Part shown: positions 36,942 to 47,168 of the stretch, in pieces | Layout of the letters: every line of letters starts with the position of its first letter | Numbering within the stretch: position 1 is the first letter of the stretch | DNA from: an uncultured Candidatus Saccharibacteria bacterium | GTDB taxonomy: Bacteria; Patescibacteriota; Minisyncoccia; Phycocordibacterales; UBA9973 | Direction: 5' to 3' | Length of the DNA stretch: 64,000 nucleotides | Assembly: GCA_964606285.1 (NCBI GenBank) | Contig: CAZSFP010000001.1 | Span: forward strand, 69,376-133,375 | Notes under the pieces: model-generated | Seen by the model: the letters and a program-made list of their open reading frames with translations, nothing else | Databases searched by the model: none | What the model was told of the DNA's origin: nothing | Translations under genes and position numbers: made by a program

Positions 36942-38300
36942 TTATAAATCTTGCAATGGGTCAATCATAGTTTCCTGAATTTTCTTTGCCAAAGACATAA
37001 CACTGTTACCGTAAAAGGCATTTGCCGGCTTTTTACTGTCGCACGCCCGTCCAGAGTAGTATCGGCAAGCCGCATTTCGTTCTGCAGTATAACCAGAGCC
37101 ACCTTTCAAGTTATCTTGCAAAAGAACTGACGAGGCAAAGATTGCATCACGTGCATCCCACGGATCTGGTGTACTACCAACAAGTCCTGCGAGTCTGCTT
37201 TTGATCAAAACCCATGTTGATGGGATGAATTGCGCTGGTCCCATGCCACCACCGTAGCCACCACCAGCAATTGGACATGATACGAGAGTTTTATATGGAT
37301 CGCGACCAACACCTTCAGTAATCGAAAGGAATGGTGCAATATCACGTCCCGGCTTCATAACATTTGAAACATATGCGTTTGTTTTGGAATTTTTCCCAGC
37401 GCCAGTTGTTGAATCAGAGAGATAGCATGACCCAGTATTTGCACCCAAGTTACTTTCTTGGGTCATGACAGCGAGCACAAGCGCTGGTCGGACACCAGTT
37501 TTTGCACTGGCAGAAGTTGCATATTCAAGTGCTTTTCCAAACGGAATCGCACCAGTATCACGGAGAGAAAAGAGCTTATCGAGAATTTGTTTTTTTCGAG
37601 CTTGCCGAGCAGCAACTTCTTTTTCATATGCACTTTCTTGTTGTTTACTGATAGTCAAAAGTTGCTTCTTTTCTTTTTCACTGATTTCAACTTTCTTTTT
37701 TTGATTTTCGATTTCTACTTTTGCATCGACTTCAGCATCTTGTTTCTTTTCAAGACTTTTTTTCTCAGCTTCTGTTTTTGTTTTATCTTCTTTTATCTGA
37801 TCAACAGCTTCACTGATGGATTCCTTGATAGTGCTGTATTGGGATATATCCCCATAAAAATCAGAAACGCTGTCATTTGAAAGAAGTAAGTATACAAGAG
37901 ATGCATTGTCATCAAATTCTTGGGTTTTTCTGATGAGTGACGCCAAAGATGCTTTATTTCGGTCCATTGTATCCTCGAGTTCATTGATGGTCGATTTCTT
38001 TTGATTGATCTCTTTATTGAGTTTTGTTATAAGAATATTTTTTTGTTTTACTTTTGCTTGAGCAGCAGAAATTTGCGCCTGAAGGACGGAAATATCCCGA
38101 GAAATACCACCAGAATGAGCTTTTTGTTCCGCGAGTTGTGCTTCTTTTTCTTTGATATCTTGTTCGAGTTGGATCAATTCTGATTCGAGTTGCGCCCGTT
38201 CTGCTTCATTGGTCACTTGCGCCCGAGCAGATGTAGAAAAAACACCTGAAAAGGCAAGGAAACACATGCATATGAGTATCAGTTTTCGCATAAGGGTCAT
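36942..38300 (-). CDS. secreted coiled-coil protein with a C-terminal lytic-transglycosylase-like domain
   Basis: Signal peptide; long Q/E/K-rich coiled coil; C-terminal LVLAVMTQESNLG ... GGGMGPAQFIPSTW, which resembles SLT/MltB catalytic motifs. Confidence 0.6.
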   Translation of the reverse strand: MTLMRKLILICMCFLAFSGVFSTSARAQVTNEAERAQLESELIQLEQDIKEKEAQLAEQKAHSGGISRDISVLQAQISAAQAKVKQKNILITKLNKEINQKKSTINELEDTMDRNKASLASLIRKTQEFDDNASLVYLLLSNDSVSDFYGDISQYSTIKESISEAVDQIKEDKTKTEAEKKSLEKKQDAEVDAKVEIENQKKKVEISEKEKKQLLTISKQQESAYEKEVAARQARKKQILDKLFSLRDTGAIPFGKALEYATSASAKTGVRPALVLAVMTQESNLGANTGSCYLSDSTTGAGKNSKTNAYVSNVMKPGRDIAPFLSITEGVGRDPYKTLVSCPIAGGGYGGGMGPAQFIPSTWVLIKSRLAGLVGSTPDPWDARDAIFASSVLLQDNLKGGSGYTAERNAACRYYSGRACDSKKPANAFYGNSVMSLAKKIQETMIDPLQDL

Positions 38301-38365
38301 TATAGCATAAAACCAACCTTGTAAGGTTGGTTTTATGCACAGTATGATTTATTGTAAAATAAGAA

Positions 38366-39016
38366 TTATTCGCCTTTAGAGTCAGATTCTGGAGCAGCTT
38401 CTCCTTCTGCTTCCTCTTTACCTTTTTCAACAGAGATACCGATTGCAGAGATATCAACTGGTGCTTCTTCTTTTTCTTCAACTTGTGCCGTGATAGAAGC
38501 CACAATTTCAGTACCTGGTGTTAAAACAGTAACACCTTTTGGAACAATGATATTTGCAACGGTGATATGGCTATCGACTGCATTGAGTCCCCCGATATCA
38601 ACATGGAGATCGTGTGGAAGATCTTTTGGTAATGCCTCGATTTCAACTTCATGGAGTGAATGGATAAGAACACCGAGACTGCCTTTGACTGCTGGTGAGA
38701 CGCCATCGAGGATGATAGGAACATTGACACTGATCGGTTTGTTCGTATCAATACGGAGAAAATCGGCATGGATTGGAGTACCACGAACGACATCCTTTTG
38801 GAGGTCATGGATGAGGGTTGTGATCTTTTCACCATCGAGTTCGAGAGTAACTGTCGTAGATTCACCTGCTTCGTGCCATGCTTTGATGAAAAGTTTTGTT
38901 TCAAGAGAAATGGAAACAGGATCTTTACCCATACCGTACACGACCGCCGGAAGAAGTCCCTTTTCGCGAAGAGCTTCGTTTGATTCTGTTTTCTTTGTTG
39001 CCTGTAATGATATCAT
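38366..39016 (-). CDS. rplY: 50S ribosomal protein L25 / general stress protein Ctc
   Basis: 216 aa; L25 beta-barrel (LPAVVYG, HDLQKDVVRGTPIHADFLRI) plus an acidic C-terminal extension. Confidence 0.85.
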   Translation of the reverse strand: MISLQATKKTESNEALREKGLLPAVVYGMGKDPVSISLETKLFIKAWHEAGESTTVTLELDGEKITTLIHDLQKDVVRGTPIHADFLRIDTNKPISVNVPIILDGVSPAVKGSLGVLIHSLHEVEIEALPKDLPHDLHVDIGGLNAVDSHITVANIIVPKGVTVLTPGTEIVASITAQVEEKEEAPVDISAIGISVEKGKEEAEGEAAPESDSKGE

Positions 39017-39054
39017 AGTTGCCCCAGTATACTTATTTTTCTCAAAAACGCAAG

Positions 39055-40716
39055 CTAGGAATTGTGGGCATGGCTCCTTGACCCGCGGGAGAGGTGCTGT
39101 CGGATATCTTCGATGGTGCCACCGACTTTTTTACCGGGATTAAAGATATTGAGCGGGTCAAACATGTCTTTGACTGCTTGGAAAAGTTTGACGATATCTC
39201 CTCCGTACATTTGGACAAGATATGGTGTTCGGATGATGCCGTCATTGTGTTCTGCGGTGATTGATCCGCCGTATCGGATGACGAGCGTATAGACACGCTT
39301 TGAGAGATTGAGAATGATACCTTCGGATGGAGGTTCGGCCATATCCATAAGCGGAATAATATGAAAATTTCCATTTCCCGCATGGCCTGCGATCGTGTAG
39401 ACGAGTTTGTATTCACTAAGCAAAGCTTGGAGTTCCGGAAGAAATGTCGGTAAGTGTTCCGGTGGAACGATGATGTCATCGATAAATGGTGCGGTTTGTT
39501 TGCCTTTGACATGACTACGGAGGAGATTGAAACTTTCATGGCGAATGCGCCAATATTTCTCGGCCTCGAGTGCATTTACTGCGATTCGATATTTGTAACC
39601 ATATGGTTCTATTGTTTGCGCAACGAGAGACAGTTTTCGTGCAACTTCGTCTTCTGTGTCACCTGCCATCTCAACAAGTAAAACAAGTTTCGGCATGCCA
39701 CCGCGAAGAACGAGCCAAAGATCTGGTAAAAATTGCCAAAGAAGTTTCAGTGATTGTATAAACCCCATTTGTTTGACGAGTGACGGTGCGAAACGAACAG
39801 CAAGTTTCATACTGTAATCATCATAGGATTCGAAACTTTCCGGTTCGAGTGGCAAGATCTGGTCGACAACTTCACCGAGTTTTTGGATATGCGGCAAGAA
39901 TATCGCAATAAGGTTCTGATGTTTTTGTACCGGTACGAGACGGAAGGTAATTTCTGTCACAATGCCAAGTGTTCCCTGTGAACCAACGATGAGTCGACAA
40001 ACATCAAATGTCTTTGTTTTATCATCAAAAATATTCCAGAGATAATAGCCAGCAGAGTTTTTGGAAACCTGTGGTCGTGCCAGTGCGATGATTTCTTTGT
40101 TCTCACTAATGAGAGAAAATAATTTTCTATAGAGCTCGCCAATGAGTGATTTCTCCGTCATTTTTGCTGAGAGTTCTCGTTCACTGAGTGGGCGAATCGT
40201 ATATTCATAGCCATCAGAGAGGATGATGTTGAGTGATGCGATATAGTTTTCTGTTTTACCGTACTTGATACTTTTTTCTCCACCGGCATTGTTGCCGACC
40301 ATACCACCAACAGCACAGAGATCTTTTGATGCGGTAAATGACGGCATGATGACACCACGTGCAAGTGTTTCTTTTTCCATATCGCGATAATAAACACCTG
40401 GTTCGACGACCGCATATTTCTCATCAATAGAAATGATGTGATTCATATATCGAGTGACATCGATAATAATCGAATCATTCACTGCGCCACCAGACATATC
40501 AGTTCCAGCTGCACGAACGGTGAGTGAGAGATGCGGGAACTGTACTTTGTGTTTCCCTACCCATTTGACCAATTCTTGAATGTCAGCACTGTCTTTGGGA
40601 TAGACAACGAGTTCCGGACGGATTTCAAAGAGACTCGCATCACGTGAGTATTTCTCGAGTATTTCTCGGGAATCATCGATATCACCTCGAAAAAATTGTC
40701 TGATTTGATCCTTCAT
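39055..40716 (-). CDS. FAD-linked oxidase (GlcD / D-lactate dehydrogenase family)
   Basis: 553 aa; PCMH-type FAD-binding domain near the N-terminus and the C-terminal FAD-oxidase domain. Confidence 0.75.
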   Translation of the reverse strand: MKDQIRQFFRGDIDDSREILEKYSRDASLFEIRPELVVYPKDSADIQELVKWVGKHKVQFPHLSLTVRAAGTDMSGGAVNDSIIIDVTRYMNHIISIDEKYAVVEPGVYYRDMEKETLARGVIMPSFTASKDLCAVGGMVGNNAGGEKSIKYGKTENYIASLNIILSDGYEYTIRPLSERELSAKMTEKSLIGELYRKLFSLISENKEIIALARPQVSKNSAGYYLWNIFDDKTKTFDVCRLIVGSQGTLGIVTEITFRLVPVQKHQNLIAIFLPHIQKLGEVVDQILPLEPESFESYDDYSMKLAVRFAPSLVKQMGFIQSLKLLWQFLPDLWLVLRGGMPKLVLLVEMAGDTEDEVARKLSLVAQTIEPYGYKYRIAVNALEAEKYWRIRHESFNLLRSHVKGKQTAPFIDDIIVPPEHLPTFLPELQALLSEYKLVYTIAGHAGNGNFHIIPLMDMAEPPSEGIILNLSKRVYTLVIRYGGSITAEHNDGIIRTPYLVQMYGGDIVKLFQAVKDMFDPLNIFNPGKKVGGTIEDIRQHLSRGSRSHAHNS

Positions 40717-40772
40717 GTGACTTCAGTATAACGCATGTTTGCGATATCGCGCATTGTTGATACACTGTTTTT

Positions 40773-41687
40773 ATGACTACACCTTCAAACGTGGGATATG
40801 ACAAAAAACTCTGTATTCTTCCTTTTGACCACCGCTCGTATTTTACAAATTTGCTCGGCTTCGGAGATACGTTGACCGATGAACAAAAAAAAGAATTATC
40901 TTCGTACAAAAAACTCATTTACGATGGCTATGAAAAATCGCTCGGCATGGGTGTCGACAAAGATATTTCAGCGATTCTCGTCGATGATGTCTTTGGTTAT
41001 GAGCTTTTGATTGATGCAAAATCCAAGGGGTATACGACACTCCAGAGTACTGAAATCAGTGGTATTGATCATCTCGAATTCGAACACGGCAACGAATGGC
41101 AATCATGGATCGAAAAAGTCCAGCCGACATTTACAAAAGCACTTGTTCGATACAATGTTGATGGAGATAAAGATCTCAATCAAAAGACTTTAGAGAATTT
41201 GAAAAAATTATCTGACTATTCACATGCGAACGGCTATAAATTCTTGATCGAACCACTTGTTCCAGCAACAGAAACACAACTCAAAGAATTGGGTGGTGAC
41301 AAATCTCGATACGATCATGAACTTCGTCCAGATCTGACTGTTCGAATGATTACTGAGATGCAAAATGCGGGCATCGAACCAGATGTATGGAAAATAGAAG
41401 GCATGTATACGGAAGCAGATTATCAAAAAGTAGTAACTACTGCGCAATCGGGTGATCGAACACATGTCGGCATTGTCTCACTTGGAAGAAATGAAACGGA
41501 TGATGTCGTCGAACTTTGGCTTCGAACTGGCGCAAGAGTCTCTGGTGTCATCGGCTTTGCTGTCGGTCGGACAATCTTCCTCAATGCGCTCATGAAATAC
41601 AGAGAAGGTTCCTATACCTCCGATCAAGCCTCAACCGAAATCGCCGAACGATTCGTTCATTTTTATAACGTGTTTAATGGAAAATAA
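40773..41687 (+). CDS. aldolase-like TIM-barrel protein (DUF2090 / tagatose-bisphosphate-aldolase-like)
   Basis: 304 aa; KIEG...E.DY, LGRNE and similar motifs recalled from IolC C-terminal DUF2090-type proteins. Family assignment is tentative. Confidence 0.4.
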   Translation: MTTPSNVGYDKKLCILPFDHRSYFTNLLGFGDTLTDEQKKELSSYKKLIYDGYEKSLGMGVDKDISAILVDDVFGYELLIDAKSKGYTTLQSTEISGIDHLEFEHGNEWQSWIEKVQPTFTKALVRYNVDGDKDLNQKTLENLKKLSDYSHANGYKFLIEPLVPATETQLKELGGDKSRYDHELRPDLTVRMITEMQNAGIEPDVWKIEGMYTEADYQKVVTTAQSGDRTHVGIVSLGRNETDDVVELWLRTGARVSGVIGFAVGRTIFLNALMKYREGSYTSDQASTEIAERFVHFYNVFNGK

Positions 41688-41697
41688 AAAACTACTC

Positions 41698-42183
41698 TTA
41701 TTTAAAAGAAGTAGTTTTAGTAAAAATATATTCCATGTAGTTTTCCTTTTTATCCATCGTAGATATAATCACAACCGTGATTATAAATCCTAAATGATAT
41801 GCCAAGAGGTCATATGGATCTATTTGATTTTTTATAAATAATTCATCAAAAAGCCATCCAATAAGTCCACAGAAACCAATCATTAATAAGTGTTCCTTGT
41901 AGTATTCTTTTACCTGCGATATGTAACTACTTAAAAACATTGTAGCAATCACGAACATTGGTATTGCTGAAAAATCAGAAAGATAAAATCGTATTATTCT
42001 GGGAATCTCATAATAGTCTTGCATATGTCTTCCCAAAGGTGTTAAGAAGGAAAATATTCCGAAAATAATCATTTGCCACGGAGCATTATTTCGAATAAGT
42101 ATATACAGAATATAAACAGAAACTATGTATCCCAAAATTGCTTCTGGGGGAAAATAAAATATGATATCTAGTAAATCATCCAT
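41698..42183 (-). CDS. hypothetical polytopic membrane protein
   Basis: 161 aa, four TM helices. Confidence 0.45.
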   Translation of the reverse strand: MDDLLDIIFYFPPEAILGYIVSVYILYILIRNNAPWQMIIFGIFSFLTPLGRHMQDYYEIPRIIRFYLSDFSAIPMFVIATMFLSSYISQVKEYYKEHLLMIGFCGLIGWLFDELFIKNQIDPYDLLAYHLGFIITVVIISTMDKKENYMEYIFTKTTSFK

Positions 42184-42242
42184 GTATATTAATTTAAATG
42201 TGTTTCGTTATATTATATCATAAATATTAAAAAAGTAAATAA

Positions 42243-42286
42243 AAAAACCGCTCCGTAAAAATGTGGAGCGGTTTCTGTTTCTTTGT
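42243..42286. terminator. bidirectional rho-independent terminator
   Basis: AAAAAAACCGCTCC-GTAAAAATGT-GGAGCGGTTTCTGTTTCTTT, with an A-run on one side and a T-run on the other. Confidence 0.65.
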
Positions 42287-42516
42287 CGAGATTCATAAGG
42301 GGAACACGTCTCACCTTATGGTCTATTCTACTTCTTATACATATTCTTAAGCCCTATTCTTATTCAAACCGTATCCAATACAGTAAGCGGAGAAGGTGAT
42401 GCTTGTATAATAATAAAATCTAAAATCAATTTGTGTTCTTCACAACAGCAATTGCACTGTGGACTGTACTCCGGTAATTCCACCTGTAACAAATGATTTT
42501 AAGCGACAATGTTTTA

Positions 42517-42705
42517 TTATTTTTTATTTTCCATTATCAATCGCTCAATTTGATTGAAACGAGTAATTATGAACATAACTGAAATAAAAATTGCAGAAGC
42601 TAAATAAACAGTTGTATATTTACTACCGTTTATTGCTGCAAGTGCAGAAAGAGTAAATAAGAATGCAATAATTAAAACAAAGATAACTTGAATTATTTTT
42701 GACAT
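42517..42705 (-). CDS. small two-TM membrane protein (62 aa)
   Basis: MSKIIQVIFVLIIAFLFTLSALAA...AIFISVMFIITRF is hydrophobic, with a charged C-terminus. Confidence 0.4.
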   Translation of the reverse strand: MSKIIQVIFVLIIAFLFTLSALAAINGSKYTTVYLASAIFISVMFIITRFNQIERLIMENKK

Positions 42706-42875
42706 GGTATTTGATTTTTAAAGGTTAGTGTGTAGTTAGTTATTTTTATATCCGTTTGACGGGTGCAAAAATAACTAACTAGTATATAACCAAACTTATT
42801 CTTTTTATATTGTATCATATTAAATTATAAAAGTCAATATAAAATAACCTTGTTTTATAAGGTTATTTTTGAGGT

Positions 42876-43739
42876 TTATTTACTAAAGAGGCTTTTCCAG
42901 TCAGTCGAGAATTTCTCTATTCCCTTTTCGGTGAGGTCATGATGGATATCATACAGGGTCCAATCCTGCTCGTGAAGGTCTTTGTAGGCGATGCGTGTCT
43001 TGTCTGATACGAGAAGTTCATAGTCTTTTGGATCTTTTTCGAGTCCATATGCTGCCCATGCTTCAAGTATTGAAAGTGGTGCGGTAATGATATCTGTTTC
43101 ATTTTGAAAACAATAAAAGAGATGGTCGAGACTGCGGATACTTGCACCGAGCACCATGACATGACTATTCCACTGTCGATACATACGGAGAATGTTGCCG
43201 ATGATGTCACGTCCTTCGAGTCCGATATCATCAAGTCGTCCGATAAATGGCGAAACATAGACTTGTCCTCGTTTCGCACCGCGAGTTGCCATATGTACTG
43301 CGGCCGCTTGATCCTGTGAGAAACATAGTGTCATGTTTACATTGATATTTTCTGCAACTAAAACATGCGCCACAGAAAGTCCAATCTGTGTTGTTGGAAG
43401 CTTCACAAATATTCCCGGAAACCATGTCGCGAGTTTTCTTCCCTGTTCGAGCATATCTTCATATGACGTTGTCGCATCGGCATAGACTTCGACAGAGATT
43501 GAACCATTTGGAAGAATTTCATGAATCTGTTCAGCGACCGTGCGATATTCTTGCCAGATTGATTCCCCTTGCAGTAATCCTTTGTCTTTCATTTCAGAAA
43601 TATGCGGATTTTTCGCTACCAGTGATGGGTTGGTTGTTTGACCATCTAGATATCCGAGAAGTTCAACCACTTGTTTTGTTTCTGTGGGATTCCCGCTATC
43701 GAGAAAAATCTGTGTTTTGAGATATTCTGGTCTTGTCAT
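42876..43739 (-). CDS. tal: transaldolase
   Basis: 287 aa; FLDSGN...TTNPSL motif and the Schiff-base lysine region (IFVKLPTT). Confidence 0.8.
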   Translation of the reverse strand: MTRPEYLKTQIFLDSGNPTETKQVVELLGYLDGQTTNPSLVAKNPHISEMKDKGLLQGESIWQEYRTVAEQIHEILPNGSISVEVYADATTSYEDMLEQGRKLATWFPGIFVKLPTTQIGLSVAHVLVAENINVNMTLCFSQDQAAAVHMATRGAKRGQVYVSPFIGRLDDIGLEGRDIIGNILRMYRQWNSHVMVLGASIRSLDHLFYCFQNETDIITAPLSILEAWAAYGLEKDPKDYELLVSDKTRIAYKDLHEQDWTLYDIHHDLTEKGIEKFSTDWKSLFSK

Positions 43740-43792
43740 AAAAAAATTATATCACATGTACCCAAAAGAGTATCTATGCTAAAATATTCCAC

Positions 43793-44809
43793 ATGGAACC
43801 CATAAACAGAAAAATTGATTTTCTAGCAATTGGTGATGTCTTCAATGATACATTTATCGAACTCGAAGACGCGCATGTCACCTGCAACATCGACAATGCC
43901 AACTGTACTATCTCTATGAAATTTGGTGACAAACTTCCCTACAAGAGCGCTTCTGTTGTTCGCGGTGTTGGTAATGCAGGCAATGCAGCAACTGCTGCAG
44001 CGCGTCTCGGACTCTCTTCTGCACTCCTTACTATTACAGGTAACGATGATGACGGACAAAAAATATTTGATCATTTTGCAAAAGAACATGTCTCACAGCT
44101 GTTCATGAAAAAAGACGTGACGTTGCCGACCAACAATGCGTATGTTCTCAAATATGGCCCGGAACGAACTATTCTCGTCAAACAAGAAGCCTATCCCTAT
44201 ACTGTTCCTGTCGAACTACTCAATCAAAACAAACCGAAATGGATCTATCTCACATCCATCGGCAAAAGTACTGTCCAGTTTCATCACGATTTAGTCGGAT
44301 GGCTCACTGAACATCCAGAAATCAAACTTGCGTTTCAGCCTGGTACATTTCAAATGATCTTGGGTAAAGACGAACTTGTGGACGTGTACAAGAGAACCGA
44401 TGCCTTTTTCTGTAATAAAGAAGAAGCACAACGAATTCTTAATCTCCCTGATGCAGATTTTACCGAACTTCATACCGCCATGCGTGGACTCGGACCAAAG
44501 ATGGTTATCATCACGGATGGTGTGAATGGTCTGACAGCATCAGACGAAGATGGAAAAGTGGTATTTCTCCCAATGTATCCTGATCCGAAACCACCGATCA
44601 GTCGTACTGGCGCTGGTGATGCGACATCATCGACGATCGTTGCGGCACTGTCTCTCGGTCTACCATTTGAAGAAGCAGTGACTTGGGGACCAGTTAATTC
44701 GATGAATGTCGTCCAACATGTCGGTGCCCAGGAGGGTCTCCTTTCTCGGGAAAAAGTGCAGGAATATCTTGCCGTGGCACCAGAAGAATATAAATTAAAA
44801 GACCTCTAA
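43793..44809 (+). CDS. PfkB-family carbohydrate/nucleoside kinase
   Basis: 338 aa; N-terminal GVGNAGNAA and C-terminal TGAGDATSSTIVAAL (PfkB signature 2). Confidence 0.75.
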   Translation: MEPINRKIDFLAIGDVFNDTFIELEDAHVTCNIDNANCTISMKFGDKLPYKSASVVRGVGNAGNAATAAARLGLSSALLTITGNDDDGQKIFDHFAKEHVSQLFMKKDVTLPTNNAYVLKYGPERTILVKQEAYPYTVPVELLNQNKPKWIYLTSIGKSTVQFHHDLVGWLTEHPEIKLAFQPGTFQMILGKDELVDVYKRTDAFFCNKEEAQRILNLPDADFTELHTAMRGLGPKMVIITDGVNGLTASDEDGKVVFLPMYPDPKPPISRTGAGDATSSTIVAALSLGLPFEEAVTWGPVNSMNVVQHVGAQEGLLSREKVQEYLAVAPEEYKLKDL

Positions 44810-44810
44810 T

Positions 44811-45569
44811 ATGGAAGATCCAAATAAAAAAATAGACATTGATAAAATACTCAAACAAAATCCCGATGCAACAGTCGGTGATTTCAAGATAGCTGGTGAT
44901 GGACTACAGTATCAACCGAAAGAAAAAGAAAAGGTTAAAAATTCTTCAGAAAAAGATACGGAAACAATCAGAATTATTAAAAATTTGAAAATGGATCTTG
45001 AAAAAGAATTACAAGAAAGAAAAAAACTCTTGGGGATGACATTTGAGACAAGTCCGGGGATGACTGATATGCGCGATAGTCTAATCAATATCAAAATAGA
45101 GAAAATAGACAATCTCAAACAAGTCATAAAAGAATTTGAAAAAAGCAAAGATTACAAAGAAAAAAAGGATCGTAGTGACGAAGACACTATATTGAGCAAG
45201 CTTGGAACAGAACTCTCTGTTATAAAAATTCTTGAAAAAGCAAAGGCGGTTGACCTCCCTGATGGAATACAAAAAATAAAATTTGAAAAAATGATATCCA
45301 TTCTTGAAGAATCAATATTGGATTATTATGATCACAAAAAACAAAAAGAGAAATTGGTAAAGATTTTCAATGACGGAAAACTTCTTTTAGACAAAGAATC
45401 AAATCCAAAAATTGAAGTAAATGGTAAAAAGATGGCCCTGGATGAAATCTTGAAATCAATCCGAGAAATTGAAGAAAAAATGCTTATAGAACAAGAAAAC
45501 AAACTCAATGCAATAATCGAATTACGATTGGCGTTGGATGATGAGAATGAACAGGAAAATGCAAATTAA
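44811..45569 (+). CDS. hypothetical Lys/Glu-rich coiled-coil protein
   Basis: 252 aa, low-complexity helical protein. Confidence 0.45.
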   Translation: MEDPNKKIDIDKILKQNPDATVGDFKIAGDGLQYQPKEKEKVKNSSEKDTETIRIIKNLKMDLEKELQERKKLLGMTFETSPGMTDMRDSLINIKIEKIDNLKQVIKEFEKSKDYKEKKDRSDEDTILSKLGTELSVIKILEKAKAVDLPDGIQKIKFEKMISILEESILDYYDHKKQKEKLVKIFNDGKLLLDKESNPKIEVNGKKMALDEILKSIREIEEKMLIEQENKLNAIIELRLALDDENEQENAN

Positions 45570-45572
45570 TAT

Positions 45573-45941
45573 ATGTTTAACTTCAACAAGAATTTTCTCG
45601 ACAGAATAATAAAACGAGACAAAGAAAAGATAGAAAACTCTGACCTTTTGCCGGAGCATTTCGATACAAAAAAGACATGGTTTGAGACGGTAACTGAAAA
45701 TCCCGAAGGAAACCGAGGAGAACGATTTGAGACCGATCAAACACGAAAGATAGAAGAACTGAAAAAGGACATCGTGCAATTACAAAACCAGAAAAAAATC
45801 GCCGCTGAAAATCACGATATCAGTGAATTTGGTGAAATACATCCAGCAGTATTTGAAATGATGCGACGGGAAATACAGGATATCAATGACAAGATGGACA
45901 AAAAACAAAAAGAAATTGACGATCTTGTCGGAAACAATTAA
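45573..45941 (+). CDS. hypothetical protein
   Basis: 122 aa helical protein, 3 nt after the previous gene. Confidence 0.45.
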   Translation: MFNFNKNFLDRIIKRDKEKIENSDLLPEHFDTKKTWFETVTENPEGNRGERFETDQTRKIEELKKDIVQLQNQKKIAAENHDISEFGEIHPAVFEMMRREIQDINDKMDKKQKEIDDLVGNN

Positions 45942-46933
45942 CCTTTTCTGTTCAACACTTTTACAACAGTTGCACTGATATCATCCCGTGTCATACTGTA
46001 TTCTTTGATGAGTTGTGTCGGAGTACCCGACTGACCATATCGATCATGAACGCCGATGAATTCTATCGGTACTGGAAACGCTTGTGCGAGGTATTCGGCA
46101 ACGGCACTGCCCATACCACCGGCGATCTGATGTTCTTCGACGGTCACGATCGCTTTGGTTTCTCGAGCAAGAGCAATGATTGATTCAGTATCTAAAGGTT
46201 TGATAGTTGCGAGATTGAGAACTTTGACTTTGATCCCCTTCTTTTCCATATCTTTGGCAGCAAGGAGTGCATTGTGGACGAGTGCACCCGTGGCAATGAT
46301 ACCGACGTGAGCAATACCGTCTGGTTGATACATGATTTGCGCTTTACCGATCTCAAATGGCGTATCAAGTGTCGTCATGATAGGTGTTTTCTCACGAGCA
46401 AGACGGAGATATGCGGGTGATCCCAGTTTTGCCAGTGCAAGCGTTGCTTTGCGAGCTTCGATAGCATCACATGGGGAAATAACGGTCATATTTGGGAGGA
46501 CACGCATGAGAGCGATATCCTCGACTGCTTGGTGTGTACCACCATCAGGGCCGACAGAAATACCGGCATGTGAACCAACAATGATCACAGGACGATCGTT
46601 GTAAGTGATCGTAGTTCGAATCTGTTCCCAGTTTCGTCCGGGTGAAAACATGGCATAACTCGAACAAAACGGGATCTTGCCCATAGCAGCCATACCTGAG
46701 GCGACGGTCACGAGATTTTGTTCAGCAACACCGATCTCGACAAATCGTTCAGGAAAAGATTCTTTGAAAAGATGCATCTGGGTTGATTCTGTGAGATCGG
46801 CGCACAATGCGACGATATTTTTATCCAGCTTACCTGCTTCCAAAAGTCCTTCGCCAAATCCTTTGCGAATCGGTATTTGTTCGACATCGTCGTTGAACAA
46901 TTTTGTATTTAATTTTAATTTAGGATTAAGCAT
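45938..46933 (-). CDS. transketolase, C-terminal (pyrimidine-binding) subunit
   Basis: 331 aa; FVEIGVAEQNLV, transketolase central and C-terminal domains. Confidence 0.85.
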   Translation of the reverse strand: MLNPKLKLNTKLFNDDVEQIPIRKGFGEGLLEAGKLDKNIVALCADLTESTQMHLFKESFPERFVEIGVAEQNLVTVASGMAAMGKIPFCSSYAMFSPGRNWEQIRTTITYNDRPVIIVGSHAGISVGPDGGTHQAVEDIALMRVLPNMTVISPCDAIEARKATLALAKLGSPAYLRLAREKTPIMTTLDTPFEIGKAQIMYQPDGIAHVGIIATGALVHNALLAAKDMEKKGIKVKVLNLATIKPLDTESIIALARETKAIVTVEEHQIAGGMGSAVAEYLAQAFPVPIEFIGVHDRYGQSGTPTQLIKEYSMTRDDISATVVKVLNRKG

Positions 46934-47168
46934 TGTTTTCTATTTTAACAAACCTCGGAACTTCTATACCATCAATTTCAACCATTCCTTCAAATTCGGC
47001 GAGAGTTCGAACCCAATATTTTGAAAGTTCGTTGTCATAGAGAGATTCATAGACCACTACTTTTTCTTTTGTGGCTTCATCGAGGGCAAGAAAATGCACT
47101 TGATGCATTTTTCCTGTTTTTGAATGTTTGTATATACCTGGAGTTATCATAGATTTATTGATGTTCAC
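46926..47168 (-). CDS. DUF1653 family small protein
   Basis: 80 aa, G.YKHSKTGKMHQVHFLALDEATKEKVVVYESLY......WVR....F (DUF1653 pattern). Overlaps both transketolase subunit genes. Confidence 0.6.
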   Translation of the reverse strand: MNINKSMITPGIYKHSKTGKMHQVHFLALDEATKEKVVVYESLYDNELSKYWVRTLAEFEGMVEIDGIEVPRFVKIENNA

